28,130 nucleotides of DNA from IMG/VR virus record IMGVR_UViG_3300045980_000027, positions 1-28,130 of that record; one strand, 5' to 3'. Below the pieces are notes generated by a model. That model searched no databases. It saw only the letters and a list, made by a program, of their open reading frames with translations, and was not told the DNA's origin. A program made the position numbers and the translations under genes. Source of the DNA: a virus. Taxonomy: Duplodnaviria; Caudoviricetes. Positions 1-7,500 of the stretch are shown piece by piece (the stretch's first letter is position 1; each line of letters opens with the position of its first letter).

Positions 1-54
1 CCGGGTACCAGCGGACCTATCGCGGACCCGACCGAGAGTGAGACACTGGGCGGC

Positions 55-702
55 ATGTGCGGCAGATTCGCGCTCAGCGCCGAGACCGACGAGCTCATCC
101 GGGAATACGTCGCCCAGGGAGGGCGGCCGCAGGACTGGCGGCCGTCGTACTCGATCGCGCCGACCGACCGTGCGCCGATCGTGCGGCGGCACGACGAGGC
201 GCGCGAGCTCGTGCTCGCCGGGTGGGACATCCCCATGCCGGCGGCAGCTCACGGCCGACCGGGGATCAACGCGCGGATCGAGAAGCTCGGCGGCGGATGG
301 TGGGCGCCGTCGTTCCGGGAGCGGCGGGCTCTCGTACCCATGACGGGCTACTACGAGTGGACCGGCACCAAGAGTCCGAAGACGGCGCATTTCATCCACG
401 GGGACGGGCTCCTCACCGCCGCGGGCCTGTGGCGCGACGTCGACGGCGAGCCGCGATTCGCCGTCATCACCCGCGAGGCCCGCGACGCGTCAGGCGAGGT
501 CCACGACCGCATGCCCGCTTTCCTGCCCGCCGAGGCGTGGGACGACTGGCTCACCGGCCCGGGCGATGCCGGGCTGCAGCAGATGCTTACCGACGTGTCC
601 GACACCGTCGCGAGCACGCTGCACACGCACATCGTCGACAGCAAGGTCAACAGCGTGCAGCGCGTCGACCCGTCCGACCCCTCGCTCATCGAGCCGACAT
701 GA
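55..702 (+). CDS. SOS response-associated peptidase (SRAP/YedK/HMCES family, abasic-site protection)
   Basis: N-terminal MCGRF (catalytic Cys2), INARIE, GYYEW and EVHDRMP motifs typical of SRAP. Confidence 0.93.
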   Translation: MCGRFALSAETDELIREYVAQGGRPQDWRPSYSIAPTDRAPIVRRHDEARELVLAGWDIPMPAAAHGRPGINARIEKLGGGWWAPSFRERRALVPMTGYYEWTGTKSPKTAHFIHGDGLLTAAGLWRDVDGEPRFAVITREARDASGEVHDRMPAFLPAEAWDDWLTGPGDAGLQQMLTDVSDTVASTLHTHIVDSKVNSVQRVDPSDPSLIEPT

Positions 703-851
703 GCCCTGAGCGGCCCCGTGACCTCCTGGCCGACGTTGTCGAGCCGCATTGCCCGTCGTGTGGCACGGTGCTGCACTGGCATCCGCGGGGATGGTGGTGC
801 CGGGGATGCGACATCGAGTGGGCCGAGGGGCTCGTGCAGTACGGGGAGTGA
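699..851 (+). CDS. Small Zn-ribbon protein (50 aa, MSPERPRDLLADVVEPHCPSCGTVLHWHPRGWWCRGCDIEW...)
   Basis: ATGA overlap with the SRAP stop; two CxxC pairs. Confidence 0.6.
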   Translation: MSPERPRDLLADVVEPHCPSCGTVLHWHPRGWWCRGCDIEWAEGLVQYGE

Positions 852-869
852 TCCTCTTTCCCCACACGC

Positions 870-898
870 TTGCACTTTCCTTTTTGGTAGGTTATGCT
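870..898 (+). promoter_or_regulatory. SigA-type promoter TTGCAC-N17-TATGCT
   Basis: -35 at 870-875, -10 at 893-898, 17-bp AT-rich spacer in a GC-rich background; imperfect inverted repeat ACTTTCC/GGTAGGT across the spacer. Confidence 0.75.
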
Positions 899-950
899 GG
901 TGGTAGAGCGAGGGAGACAAGCTCCCAGCCACACAGATAGGACATCTGAC

Positions 951-1136
951 ATGACCACCATCGCCGCACTCGCTACCGCCTTCGACATCGAGCAGCACGA
1001 GGTGCTCGCCTCCCTCGACATCACCGATCAGGCCGTCACCGGGGACACCGACATCGACAGCATCGATGGCTGGACCGAGGCAGAGGCGCGCGAGGTTCTC
1101 ACCACGCTCGCCGAGCAGGCCGCGGACCGCGTCTGA
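951..1136 (+). CDS. Small acidic hypothetical protein (61 aa), candidate anti-CRISPR/anti-defence protein
   Basis: ATG at 951 after AGGA RBS; 14 D/E versus 2 R and 0 K; first gene after the strong promoter and upstream of an Aca2-like HTH. Confidence 0.7.
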   Translation: MTTIAALATAFDIEQHEVLASLDITDQAVTGDTDIDSIDGWTEAEAREVLTTLAEQAADRV

Positions 1137-1144
1137 GACACGAC

Positions 1145-1175
1145 AAGCGCCCCACCCGATCAGGGTGGGGCGCTT
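1145..1175 (+). terminator. Stem-loop (terminator/attenuator) between the small acidic gene and the HTH gene
   Basis: Perfect 13-bp inverted repeat AAGCGCCCCACCC-GATCA-GGGTGGGGCGCTT; only a short U tract. Confidence 0.7.
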
Positions 1176-1191
1176 TCGAGAGGAGCCCATC

Positions 1192-1518
1192 ATGACCGAC
1201 CGGATGACCGGGGCGGAGATCGCAGCGACTCGCCACCTCATCGGCCTCACCCAGAATGAGTTCGCCGACGAGCTCAGCGTGTCCCGTCAGGCGGTGAAGG
1301 ACTGGGAACGCGGACGGTTCGCCGCACGCGAAGGCGTCTGCGCGGACATCGGCGAGCTGCGTCGCCGGCACGACCGGGAGGTCGCCCGGCTCGCCGAGGG
1401 CGCCGGCGGCGGCGTCATCATCAGCCTCCCCGACGGCCCCCGGCCCCGCGGCTGGTATCTCGCCCTCGGCGCCCGCCTCGTTGACCGGGTGCCCGACGCG
1501 ATGCTCGACTGGGCATGA
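1192..1518 (+). CDS. XRE-family HTH regulator, Aca2/YdiL (DUF1870)-like architecture (108 aa)
   Basis: GAGGAG RBS; MTGAEIAATRHLIGLTQNEFADELSVSRQAVKDWERG is a classic XRE HTH, followed by a long helix and a GWYLALGARL segment. Confidence 0.8.
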   Translation: MTDRMTGAEIAATRHLIGLTQNEFADELSVSRQAVKDWERGRFAAREGVCADIGELRRRHDREVARLAEGAGGGVIISLPDGPRPRGWYLALGARLVDRVPDAMLDWA

Positions 1519-2351
1519 CCAGGCGCACCGACGACGCCACCGCGGAGGAGATCGCCCGCCTTCACGCGGTTGGTCTCTCGCGGCGGCGGATCGCGGCGCT
1601 CGTGGACGTGCCCGCCTCGACCGTGCAGGCCGTCCTCACCCGGACAGGGACCGTCGCACCTGCACAGCGGCCGCGTCGTGACGCGGAGATCCTGCCGCTA
1701 CTCGATGAGGGCCTCACCTACCAGGCCATCTCGGACCGCCTCAGCGTGTCCCTCGCGACCGTGCACGGGGCAGCGAAGCGCGCCGGACGGGACACCGGCG
1801 CCCGCAGCCGGTGGACGCCCGCACGCGACCAGACGCTGCGGACGCGGTTCGCGGCCGGTGACACCTACGACCAGATCGCCGTGGCGCTCGGAGTGTCCTC
1901 GACGACGATCGGCACGCGCGTGCGCGCGCTCGGCCTCACCCGCCAGGCCCCCACCCGCATCATCCACGGCCGGCCCGTCTGCTGGCAGACCGGATGCATG
2001 CACCCCGTGTGCGTCGCCGCGCGCAGCGAGTACAAGCGCGACGAACGCGAGCGCGGCATCGCCCGCGGCCCCGTCACCCACGGCCTTGGCGGCTACCACC
2101 GCGGGTGCCACTGCGACATCTGCCAGGCCGCGCACGACGCGTCCATGCGCGAGCGGCAGGACCGCACCCGCCAGACCGCCGTCAGCCACGGCGAGCCCTG
2201 GAGAGCCGACGAAGACGACGCGGTCATGGACCGCTCCCGCCGCATCGAAGACATCGCCGCCGACCTCGGCCGCACCTACGCCGCCGTCGACAACCGCCGC
2301 CGACTCCTCACCCGCACCCGCCACGCGCAGCAGTCGGGAGAAGCATCGTGA
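1515..2351 (+). CDS. Multi-HTH DNA-binding protein with two Cys/His Zn-binding motifs
   Basis: Three HTH-like repeats (GLSRRRIAALV, GLTYQAISDRL, GDTYDQIAVAL), HG..CWQTGCMHPVC and HGLGGYHRGCHCDIC motifs, C-terminal W..DED...IAADLGRTYAAV; ATGA overlap with upstream gene. Confidence 0.75.
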   Translation: MTRRTDDATAEEIARLHAVGLSRRRIAALVDVPASTVQAVLTRTGTVAPAQRPRRDAEILPLLDEGLTYQAISDRLSVSLATVHGAAKRAGRDTGARSRWTPARDQTLRTRFAAGDTYDQIAVALGVSSTTIGTRVRALGLTRQAPTRIIHGRPVCWQTGCMHPVCVAARSEYKRDERERGIARGPVTHGLGGYHRGCHCDICQAAHDASMRERQDRTRQTAVSHGEPWRADEDDAVMDRSRRIEDIAADLGRTYAAVDNRRRLLTRTRHAQQSGEAS

Positions 2352-3526
2352 GCGAGCCCCGCTACGGCGAGCGCGACGGGTGGGGGCGGTACGGGCTCCT
2401 CGCCACCGACGGGAAAGGGCGCCTGGTGTGCCACGACTGCGGGGAGGGGTTCGACAGCCTGGGCACTCACGCGCGACACGCGCATGGCATGAACGCGGCG
2501 GAGTACCGCGCCCGACACGGGCTCGGACGAACAACCAAGCTCGTCTCCGGCTCCCTCGCCGCCCGGATGCAGGACGCCTGGCAAGAGCGAGCAGACACCC
2601 ACCTCGCCACCCTCGCGGCAAACCGACCACGGAACCCCAACCGCCCCGGCCGCACTCCCCCGCCCCCAGCGGCGCGGACTGCTGGGCGGCGGCAAGCGGC
2701 TGGCGATTATGACTGGGAGGAACGGCTGGCGGACGTGGTCGCGTGGCGGGCGGCGCGGGGACGACTCCCGAAGAACTCCGCCCGCGCGGAACCGTCCGAA
2801 GCGTCACTCGGCGCATGGGTCACCGAGCAGCGCCGACAGCACAACGCCGGCCGCCTCCGCCTGGACCGCATCCAGCTCCTCGACAAGTCCCTCCCCGGGT
2901 GGGAAGCGGCCGACCGGCGACAGCAATGGAAACAGACCGCCCTCGACCTCTCCGCCCTCTACCAACAGATCGGCCACCTCCCCCGCCAGCGCCCACCCCA
3001 GGGCGCCCCGCACCGTGAGGAAGAGCAGCGCCTGGGTCGATGGCTGGAGCGGCAACGGCGAGCCGCCCGAGCCGCCACGCTCAGCGCCGCCCGACGCCGT
3101 ACCCTCGACCAGGTCGCGCCCGGATGGGACCACACCACGTCCATCGCCCGCGACTGGTCCCGACACCACCAGGGCATCCTCGACCGACTCCACGACGAAG
3201 CCACCGCGGCCAGATACCCCGACCTCCGCGCGTGGATGATCGCGCTGCACGAGCAAGGACTCCCCATGCGCGCCACCGCGGCCGTCCTCGGCATCACCAC
3301 CCACCGCGTCGGACGCCTCATCCACGAACTCGACATCCCCTGGAACCCCGTCACCACCCCCAACCCCCCGGACGGGCCACTCGTCGAGCTCGCGCTACGC
3401 CTGGAGCACCGCAAGACACTCCCCCGCCCCGACTCCACCAACCCCACCGACCGCCGACTAATCGAATGGCTCATCCGCCACCCCGACGCCCGCACCCGAC
3501 TGCGCCGCATCTACGGCGCTCGCTGA
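2348..3526 (+). CDS. MucR/Ros-type Zn finger + helicase-associated (HA) domains + HTH protein (392 aa)
   Basis: GTGA overlap start; LVCHDCGEGFDSLGTHARHAHGMNAAEYRARHGL (MucR-like); two HA-like repeats (WEERLADVVAWRAARGRLP...LGAWVTEQRR...LPGW and QWKQTALDL...LGRWLERQRR...APGW). Confidence 0.75.
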   Translation: MSEPRYGERDGWGRYGLLATDGKGRLVCHDCGEGFDSLGTHARHAHGMNAAEYRARHGLGRTTKLVSGSLAARMQDAWQERADTHLATLAANRPRNPNRPGRTPPPPAARTAGRRQAAGDYDWEERLADVVAWRAARGRLPKNSARAEPSEASLGAWVTEQRRQHNAGRLRLDRIQLLDKSLPGWEAADRRQQWKQTALDLSALYQQIGHLPRQRPPQGAPHREEEQRLGRWLERQRRAARAATLSAARRRTLDQVAPGWDHTTSIARDWSRHHQGILDRLHDEATAARYPDLRAWMIALHEQGLPMRATAAVLGITTHRVGRLIHELDIPWNPVTTPNPPDGPLVELALRLEHRKTLPRPDSTNPTDRRLIEWLIRHPDARTRLRRIYGAR

Positions 3527-3573
3527 CCCACACGAAGCGGCCCCGACGAGCTCGAAGCCTCGCAACGCACGAA

Positions 3574-3634
3574 ACCGCCCCTCCCGGGGAGCTCGCCGCC
3601 GGTTGGCGTCGGAAGCTCACCCAGGAGGGGCGGT
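3574..3634. terminator. Long hairpin between convergent operons (probable bidirectional terminator)
   Basis: ACCGCCCCTCC (3574-3584) pairs with GGAGGGGCGGT (3624-3634); inner GAGCT/AGCTC pairing. Confidence 0.6.
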
Positions 3635-3644
3635 GCTGTTGTGG

Positions 3645-3839
3645 TCAGGCGTCGAGGGCGGAGCGCACGGCGGCGTCCTTGGCTTCGAGGAGCTTGCGCA
3701 GAGCGGTCGACTTCTCGGGCCCGTCGGGCAGGGAGCCGTCGATGTCGCTCGCGAGCGACGCGAACAGCTCGGACGTGTCGCGCAGCGGCCCTGCGGGCAG
3801 GTGCGCGTACGTGAAGTAGCGCAGGATCGGCGCGGCCAT
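3645..3839 (-). CDS. Small helical-hairpin protein (64 aa), possibly Acb2/Tad1-like
   Basis: TGATG coupling to the holin; ILRYFTYAHLP...LPDGPEKSTALRKLLEAKDAAVRSAL. Confidence 0.75.
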   Translation of the reverse strand: MAAPILRYFTYAHLPAGPLRDTSELFASLASDIDGSLPDGPEKSTALRKLLEAKDAAVRSALDA

Positions 3840-4081
3840 CAGACGCGCGTCTTCGTGGGCACGTTGGGCGTGGTGACGGCGAGACCGAAAACGCCGGCGA
3901 GGAAGCCGTACACGGCCGTCACAGGCGTGGTGATCTCGGACAGGTCGACCGCAGGGGAGGCGACGTCGAAGACGATGGTCGCGCCGACGAGGATGCCGAC
4001 GACGCCGAGAACGATGTTCGCGCCCTTCCGGATCGCCGGGTTCTCGACGATGACGTTCGGGGTCGGGCTGGGAGTGGTCAT
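3839..4081 (-). CDS. Holin-like 2-TM membrane protein (80 aa)
   Basis: GAAAGGA RBS; two hydrophobic segments; C-terminal LAVTTPNVP; in the lysis cassette. Confidence 0.75.
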   Translation of the reverse strand: MTTPSPTPNVIVENPAIRKGANIVLGVVGILVGATIVFDVASPAVDLSEITTPVTAVYGFLAGVFGLAVTTPNVPTKTRV

Positions 4082-4428
4082 AGGGTGGTGTCCTTTCGAG
4101 ATCTCCGGATCCATGCCGGAGGGATGGTGTCTTCGACCTCCGCGATGTCGAGGGGGTCGAGGTTGGGGCCGTGCGCGTCGCCCCACTGGTCAGCGATCGC
4201 GCGGAGGATGCGGGCGAACGCTGAAGAGCGGCGCACGGCGAGACGTTCCACGTCGTCGAGGCGCGTGTAGACGCGGTCAAGTTCCGCTTTCACTCGCGCG
4301 TCGATTCGGGCGTCGAGGGAGGTCTTCACCGCTCCTCGGGTCTCACCCCGCTTGCCGAGCAGCAGGAACAGGCCGCAGAGGACCGTTCCGACGGTGCCGA
4401 TGATGCCGAGGATGATTTCCGGGGTCAC
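4078..4428 (-). CDS. Lysis-cassette membrane protein, 1 N-terminal TM + coiled coil (116 aa)
   Basis: GTG start overlapping upstream stop; IILGIIGTVGTVLCGLFLLLG followed by a heptad-like charged helix. Confidence 0.7.
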   Translation of the reverse strand: MTPEIILGIIGTVGTVLCGLFLLLGKRGETRGAVKTSLDARIDARVKAELDRVYTRLDDVERLAVRRSSAFARILRAIADQWGDAHGPNLDPLDIAEVEDTIPPAWIRRSRKDTTL

Positions 4429-4889
4429 GGTGCGTCTCCTCTGGCCTGGCTTTCCTTCCACTCCTCCCCGATCAGCCCGAGCCGGAACAGGGGTAGGGGG
4501 AGGGCGAGGGCGATCATGCACACGACGAACCAGTTCGTCTCTCCCTCGGCGGGGAACAGGACGATCGCGGCGATGTAGCCGATGAGCATGCCCACGAGCA
4601 CGCACTTCGCGACCGCTTCGACGGGCCACAGTCGAGGGAAGGCGACCCCGATCAGACAGACCGTCGCGGCCGTGAGGAACGTTGCCCCGATGGTGTCGGT
4701 CCACGGGTGCCCGAAGATGCGGTCGAGGAGCCGTGAACCGAACACGAGTGCCGTGATGCCCACGGCCACCGCGATCACGTCGTAGAGGGGCAACCAGACC
4801 CGTTTCAGGTTGCGGTAGGCGTGCTCGTCGGGATCGATCGCGTCGGGATGCCACACCGACGCCCGCCACAGTCGGCGCAGCGCGCGCAT
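4425..4889 (-). CDS. Lysis-cassette 4-TM membrane protein (154 aa)
   Basis: TGATG coupling to endolysin; four hydrophobic stretches. Confidence 0.75.
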   Translation of the reverse strand: MRALRRLWRASVWHPDAIDPDEHAYRNLKRVWLPLYDVIAVAVGITALVFGSRLLDRIFGHPWTDTIGATFLTAATVCLIGVAFPRLWPVEAVAKCVLVGMLIGYIAAIVLFPAEGETNWFVVCMIALALPLPLFRLGLIGEEWKESQARGDAP

Positions 4890-5707
4890 CAGGGGGTCTT
4901 GCCGCCGGCCTGGTGGAACGCGGCCCGCGCCCAGCTCCAGACACCGCCGCGGATCTTCTTGCCCGTGCCGGGGTCGAGCACGTGCCCGGTCTTGAAGTCC
5001 ACGACGTTCTGGGGGATGCCGAAGCTGTCGAGCTGCTGCTTGAACTCCGTCTCGCTCACACCGATCCACTTGTCGTCCGCGGCGACGATGTTCCGCGAGA
5101 GAGTCGCGGCCTTCGCGTTGTTCAGGTGGGAGATGAAGCCCGTTCCCACGAGGTAGAGGTGGTCGCGCCACTTGATCGGATATGCCATTTCGTCCTCCTC
5201 AGACGTTGCGGGCAGCGCGCCGCCCTGGTCGGTTCCCGCGGGCGCTTCGCCGGCCCACGGGTTGCCGAGATAGGTGATGTGCCACGGCTCGTCGAACGTG
5301 AAGCCGTCGGGGTTGAAGCCATGGGAGCGGGCGTTCGCGCGGATCCAGTTCGACCGCGCGTTGTTCCACCGGGTCACACCCGGCGTGGAGCCGGAGTCGC
5401 GGATGTCGAGCGCGTGACCGGACCCATGGTTGGACGTGCCGGGCACAGCGACCGTTCCGCCGGGCTGCGTGCGCCCCCACCGGACACCGTTCCACCAGCG
5501 ATAGTCGCCGTAGGGAGAGTGCGCATTCGGGCGGTACCGCTGCCGGAATATCGTCTCCTGCTCTGCAGCGCTCCGGTACCCGGAGTACACGTGCAGCGTG
5601 ATCCCGGGGAACGCGCGCTCGAAAGCGGGCTTGAGTCGGGTGAGGAAGGCGTGCGCGGTCCCCGCAGCGACCGGCCAACCATCGACCCTCACGATGTTCT
5701 CGGCCAT
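4889..5707 (-). CDS. Endolysin, M15 (VanY-like) zinc peptidase N-terminal domain
   Basis: SGYRS, PGTSNHGSGHALD (SxHxxGxAxD) and EPWH motifs; AAGGAGG RBS; upstream of membrane genes. Confidence 0.9.
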   Translation of the reverse strand: MAENIVRVDGWPVAAGTAHAFLTRLKPAFERAFPGITLHVYSGYRSAAEQETIFRQRYRPNAHSPYGDYRWWNGVRWGRTQPGGTVAVPGTSNHGSGHALDIRDSGSTPGVTRWNNARSNWIRANARSHGFNPDGFTFDEPWHITYLGNPWAGEAPAGTDQGGALPATSEEDEMAYPIKWRDHLYLVGTGFISHLNNAKAATLSRNIVAADDKWIGVSETEFKQQLDSFGIPQNVVDFKTGHVLDPGTGKKIRGGVWSWARAAFHQAGGKTP

Positions 5708-5780
5708 GCGGCCTCCTTCCTTCTGGGAATGACGAAGCCCCGCGCCTCACGAGGAGGGGCGGCCCTGAATAGTGGATGAG

Positions 5781-6995
5781 TCAGTCTTCGTCGGCTCCAC
5801 GGGAGCCCATGAACCCGAACAACCAGATGTTCGAGGACGGGTAGCGGGTCGTGGTGAGCGCGGCGGGGTCCCACTTGATCTGACCGCCACCGCGAGAGAT
5901 GAAGAACCGCATGCCCGAAGAGGGGCCCGTCGCCGGAGTCGGCCCACCGCCGCCGTGAGTGACGCCCAGGCGCATGTTGGCGTTCGGGGAGGTGAGGAGG
6001 TTCCCGGCCGCGTCGACGAACTCGATGTCCACCGCCGCCGGCCGCGTCGCGGAGACCAGGGGCGTAGCGACACCGGAGGCGCCACGGCGCGGGGACAGGG
6101 ACGTGCGCAGCGCCGCCATCGCCGACAGCGACGCCGACGGGTGCCCGAGAGTGAGCTTCGACGACGCCCACGACGTCGTGAAGACGCCGTTCTGTGACAC
6201 GAACTGGGTGCCGTCCCAGTACACGTAGTCGGACACGGCGCGCTGCTGCTCACGCACCATCAGCCGCAGCAGCCGCGAATCGACCGGGCTGGTGCCCTCG
6301 TCGACGACCGCGTCATGCGTCGTCCCACGCGGGCTGAGCGAGACGGCCATGTTCGCCTCGGACGGGATCGGGGGGTGCGAGAGCGTCAGCAGCGGCGGCG
6401 TGAAGTTGTCAACGGTGATGTTGCCCCACTGGGACCGCCACTGCGTGCCATCGAAGTACACGTAATCCGAGTAGCCCATCAGCGACTGCGAGATGCGGAT
6501 GTCCATGTAGTTCGACGCGACCGACGTGCCCACCGCGAAACCATTCGCCGCGAGGGTCTCATCCGGCAGCGCCGCGCCGAGAACGGTCATGTTCGCGCCC
6601 ATGTCGTAGTGCACGCGAATATAGCCACCGCCGGCGTCCTCGCTTGCGGGGATCGTCTCCACCCCGGTGATGTTCACCGGACGGTGATTCGTCGACGTCG
6701 GCAGCGCATACCAACCCGCCCCGTCGTTACGGATCACGCCCGCGAAGAACCGATACGAGCGCCCATCACGTGCAGCCGGCATGCCCAGCTGCATGATCGA
6801 CCGCCACGCCGGGGAATCCGCCGCGGAGATGTTGTCCGCGATCGCCTGCGCCGTCGGCACAGCGTTCGTGCCCGGAAGACCCCGATCACCGGCCGGACCC
6901 GGCAGGCCCCGCAGACCCCGCGGGCCGACAGGACCTGCGGGGCCGGGCTGGCCCCGCAGGTTCGCGAACCGCGCCGCCCATGCTGGAAGAGCCAT
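5781..6995 (-). CDS. Tail fibre/receptor-binding protein with a short collagen-like segment
   Basis: Gly-X-Y run (GQPGPAGPVGPRGLRGLPGPAGDRGLPG); position at the end of the tail module; internal repeats SDYVY(F/W)DGTQ. Confidence 0.75.
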   Translation of the reverse strand: MALPAWAARFANLRGQPGPAGPVGPRGLRGLPGPAGDRGLPGTNAVPTAQAIADNISAADSPAWRSIMQLGMPAARDGRSYRFFAGVIRNDGAGWYALPTSTNHRPVNITGVETIPASEDAGGGYIRVHYDMGANMTVLGAALPDETLAANGFAVGTSVASNYMDIRISQSLMGYSDYVYFDGTQWRSQWGNITVDNFTPPLLTLSHPPIPSEANMAVSLSPRGTTHDAVVDEGTSPVDSRLLRLMVREQQRAVSDYVYWDGTQFVSQNGVFTTSWASSKLTLGHPSASLSAMAALRTSLSPRRGASGVATPLVSATRPAAVDIEFVDAAGNLLTSPNANMRLGVTHGGGGPTPATGPSSGMRFFISRGGGQIKWDPAALTTTRYPSSNIWLFGFMGSRGADED

Positions 6996-6997
6996 AT

Positions 6998-7459
6998 TCA
7001 GATCCCCGTCCCGATCTCGCAGTAGCCGACGTCATCGGTCGTGACATCGAAGTAGACCCCCGGCGTTCCCGCCGCCGGCCACGGAGGCCCGATATACAAA
7101 TCGATCGGCAAGGCCTCACCCATACCAGCGACCGGGCCGCCACCCGGCCGCGCCGTGAAGAGCCACTGGTTCGCGCCGGAGAACCAGTCCGCGCCCGACA
7201 CGGTCCGATCGAACAGGGCCAGCTCCAGCACGTACCGCACGCCCACACTCCCCCGTAGAGCACGGAGCTCGTGGGACGGGATCAGCTGCATGTTGAACAC
7301 GCCGCCCGGCTCTACCGTCACCGGCACTCGCGCATCCGACACCAGACCATCCGGGCCGAAGCACTCCGCCTCCGGACGCACCGACAAGAACGGGCGCCGA
7401 TCCGCGAGGACATGCACCCCGATATCGGTCAACGTCCCCGAATACCACGCTTGAGACAC
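6998..7459 (-). CDS. Minor tail protein (fibre-associated, 153 aa)
   Basis: Beta-rich ORF with GAGGGGG RBS directly upstream of the fibre gene; ends in LYIGPPWP...GVYFDVTT. Confidence 0.65.
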   Translation of the reverse strand: MSQAWYSGTLTDIGVHVLADRRPFLSVRPEAECFGPDGLVSDARVPVTVEPGGVFNMQLIPSHELRALRGSVGVRYVLELALFDRTVSGADWFSGANQWLFTARPGGGPVAGMGEALPIDLYIGPPWPAAGTPGVYFDVTTDDVGYCEIGTGI

Positions 7460-7487
7460 AACGCCCCCTCTCGCTCCGACAACTCGC

Positions 7488-7500
7488 TACCCTTACGGGC
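7488..7500 (+). promoter_or_regulatory. Putative -10 box for a leaderless lipoprotein transcript
   Basis: TACCCT (TANNNT) at 7488-7493, 7 nt before ATG 7501; no SD sequence. Confidence 0.45.

Noticed and set aside
5737-5760. Hairpin upstream of the endolysin as a terminator
   Set aside because: Stem is short and bulged with a 2-nt loop, and the U tract is weak; not enough support.
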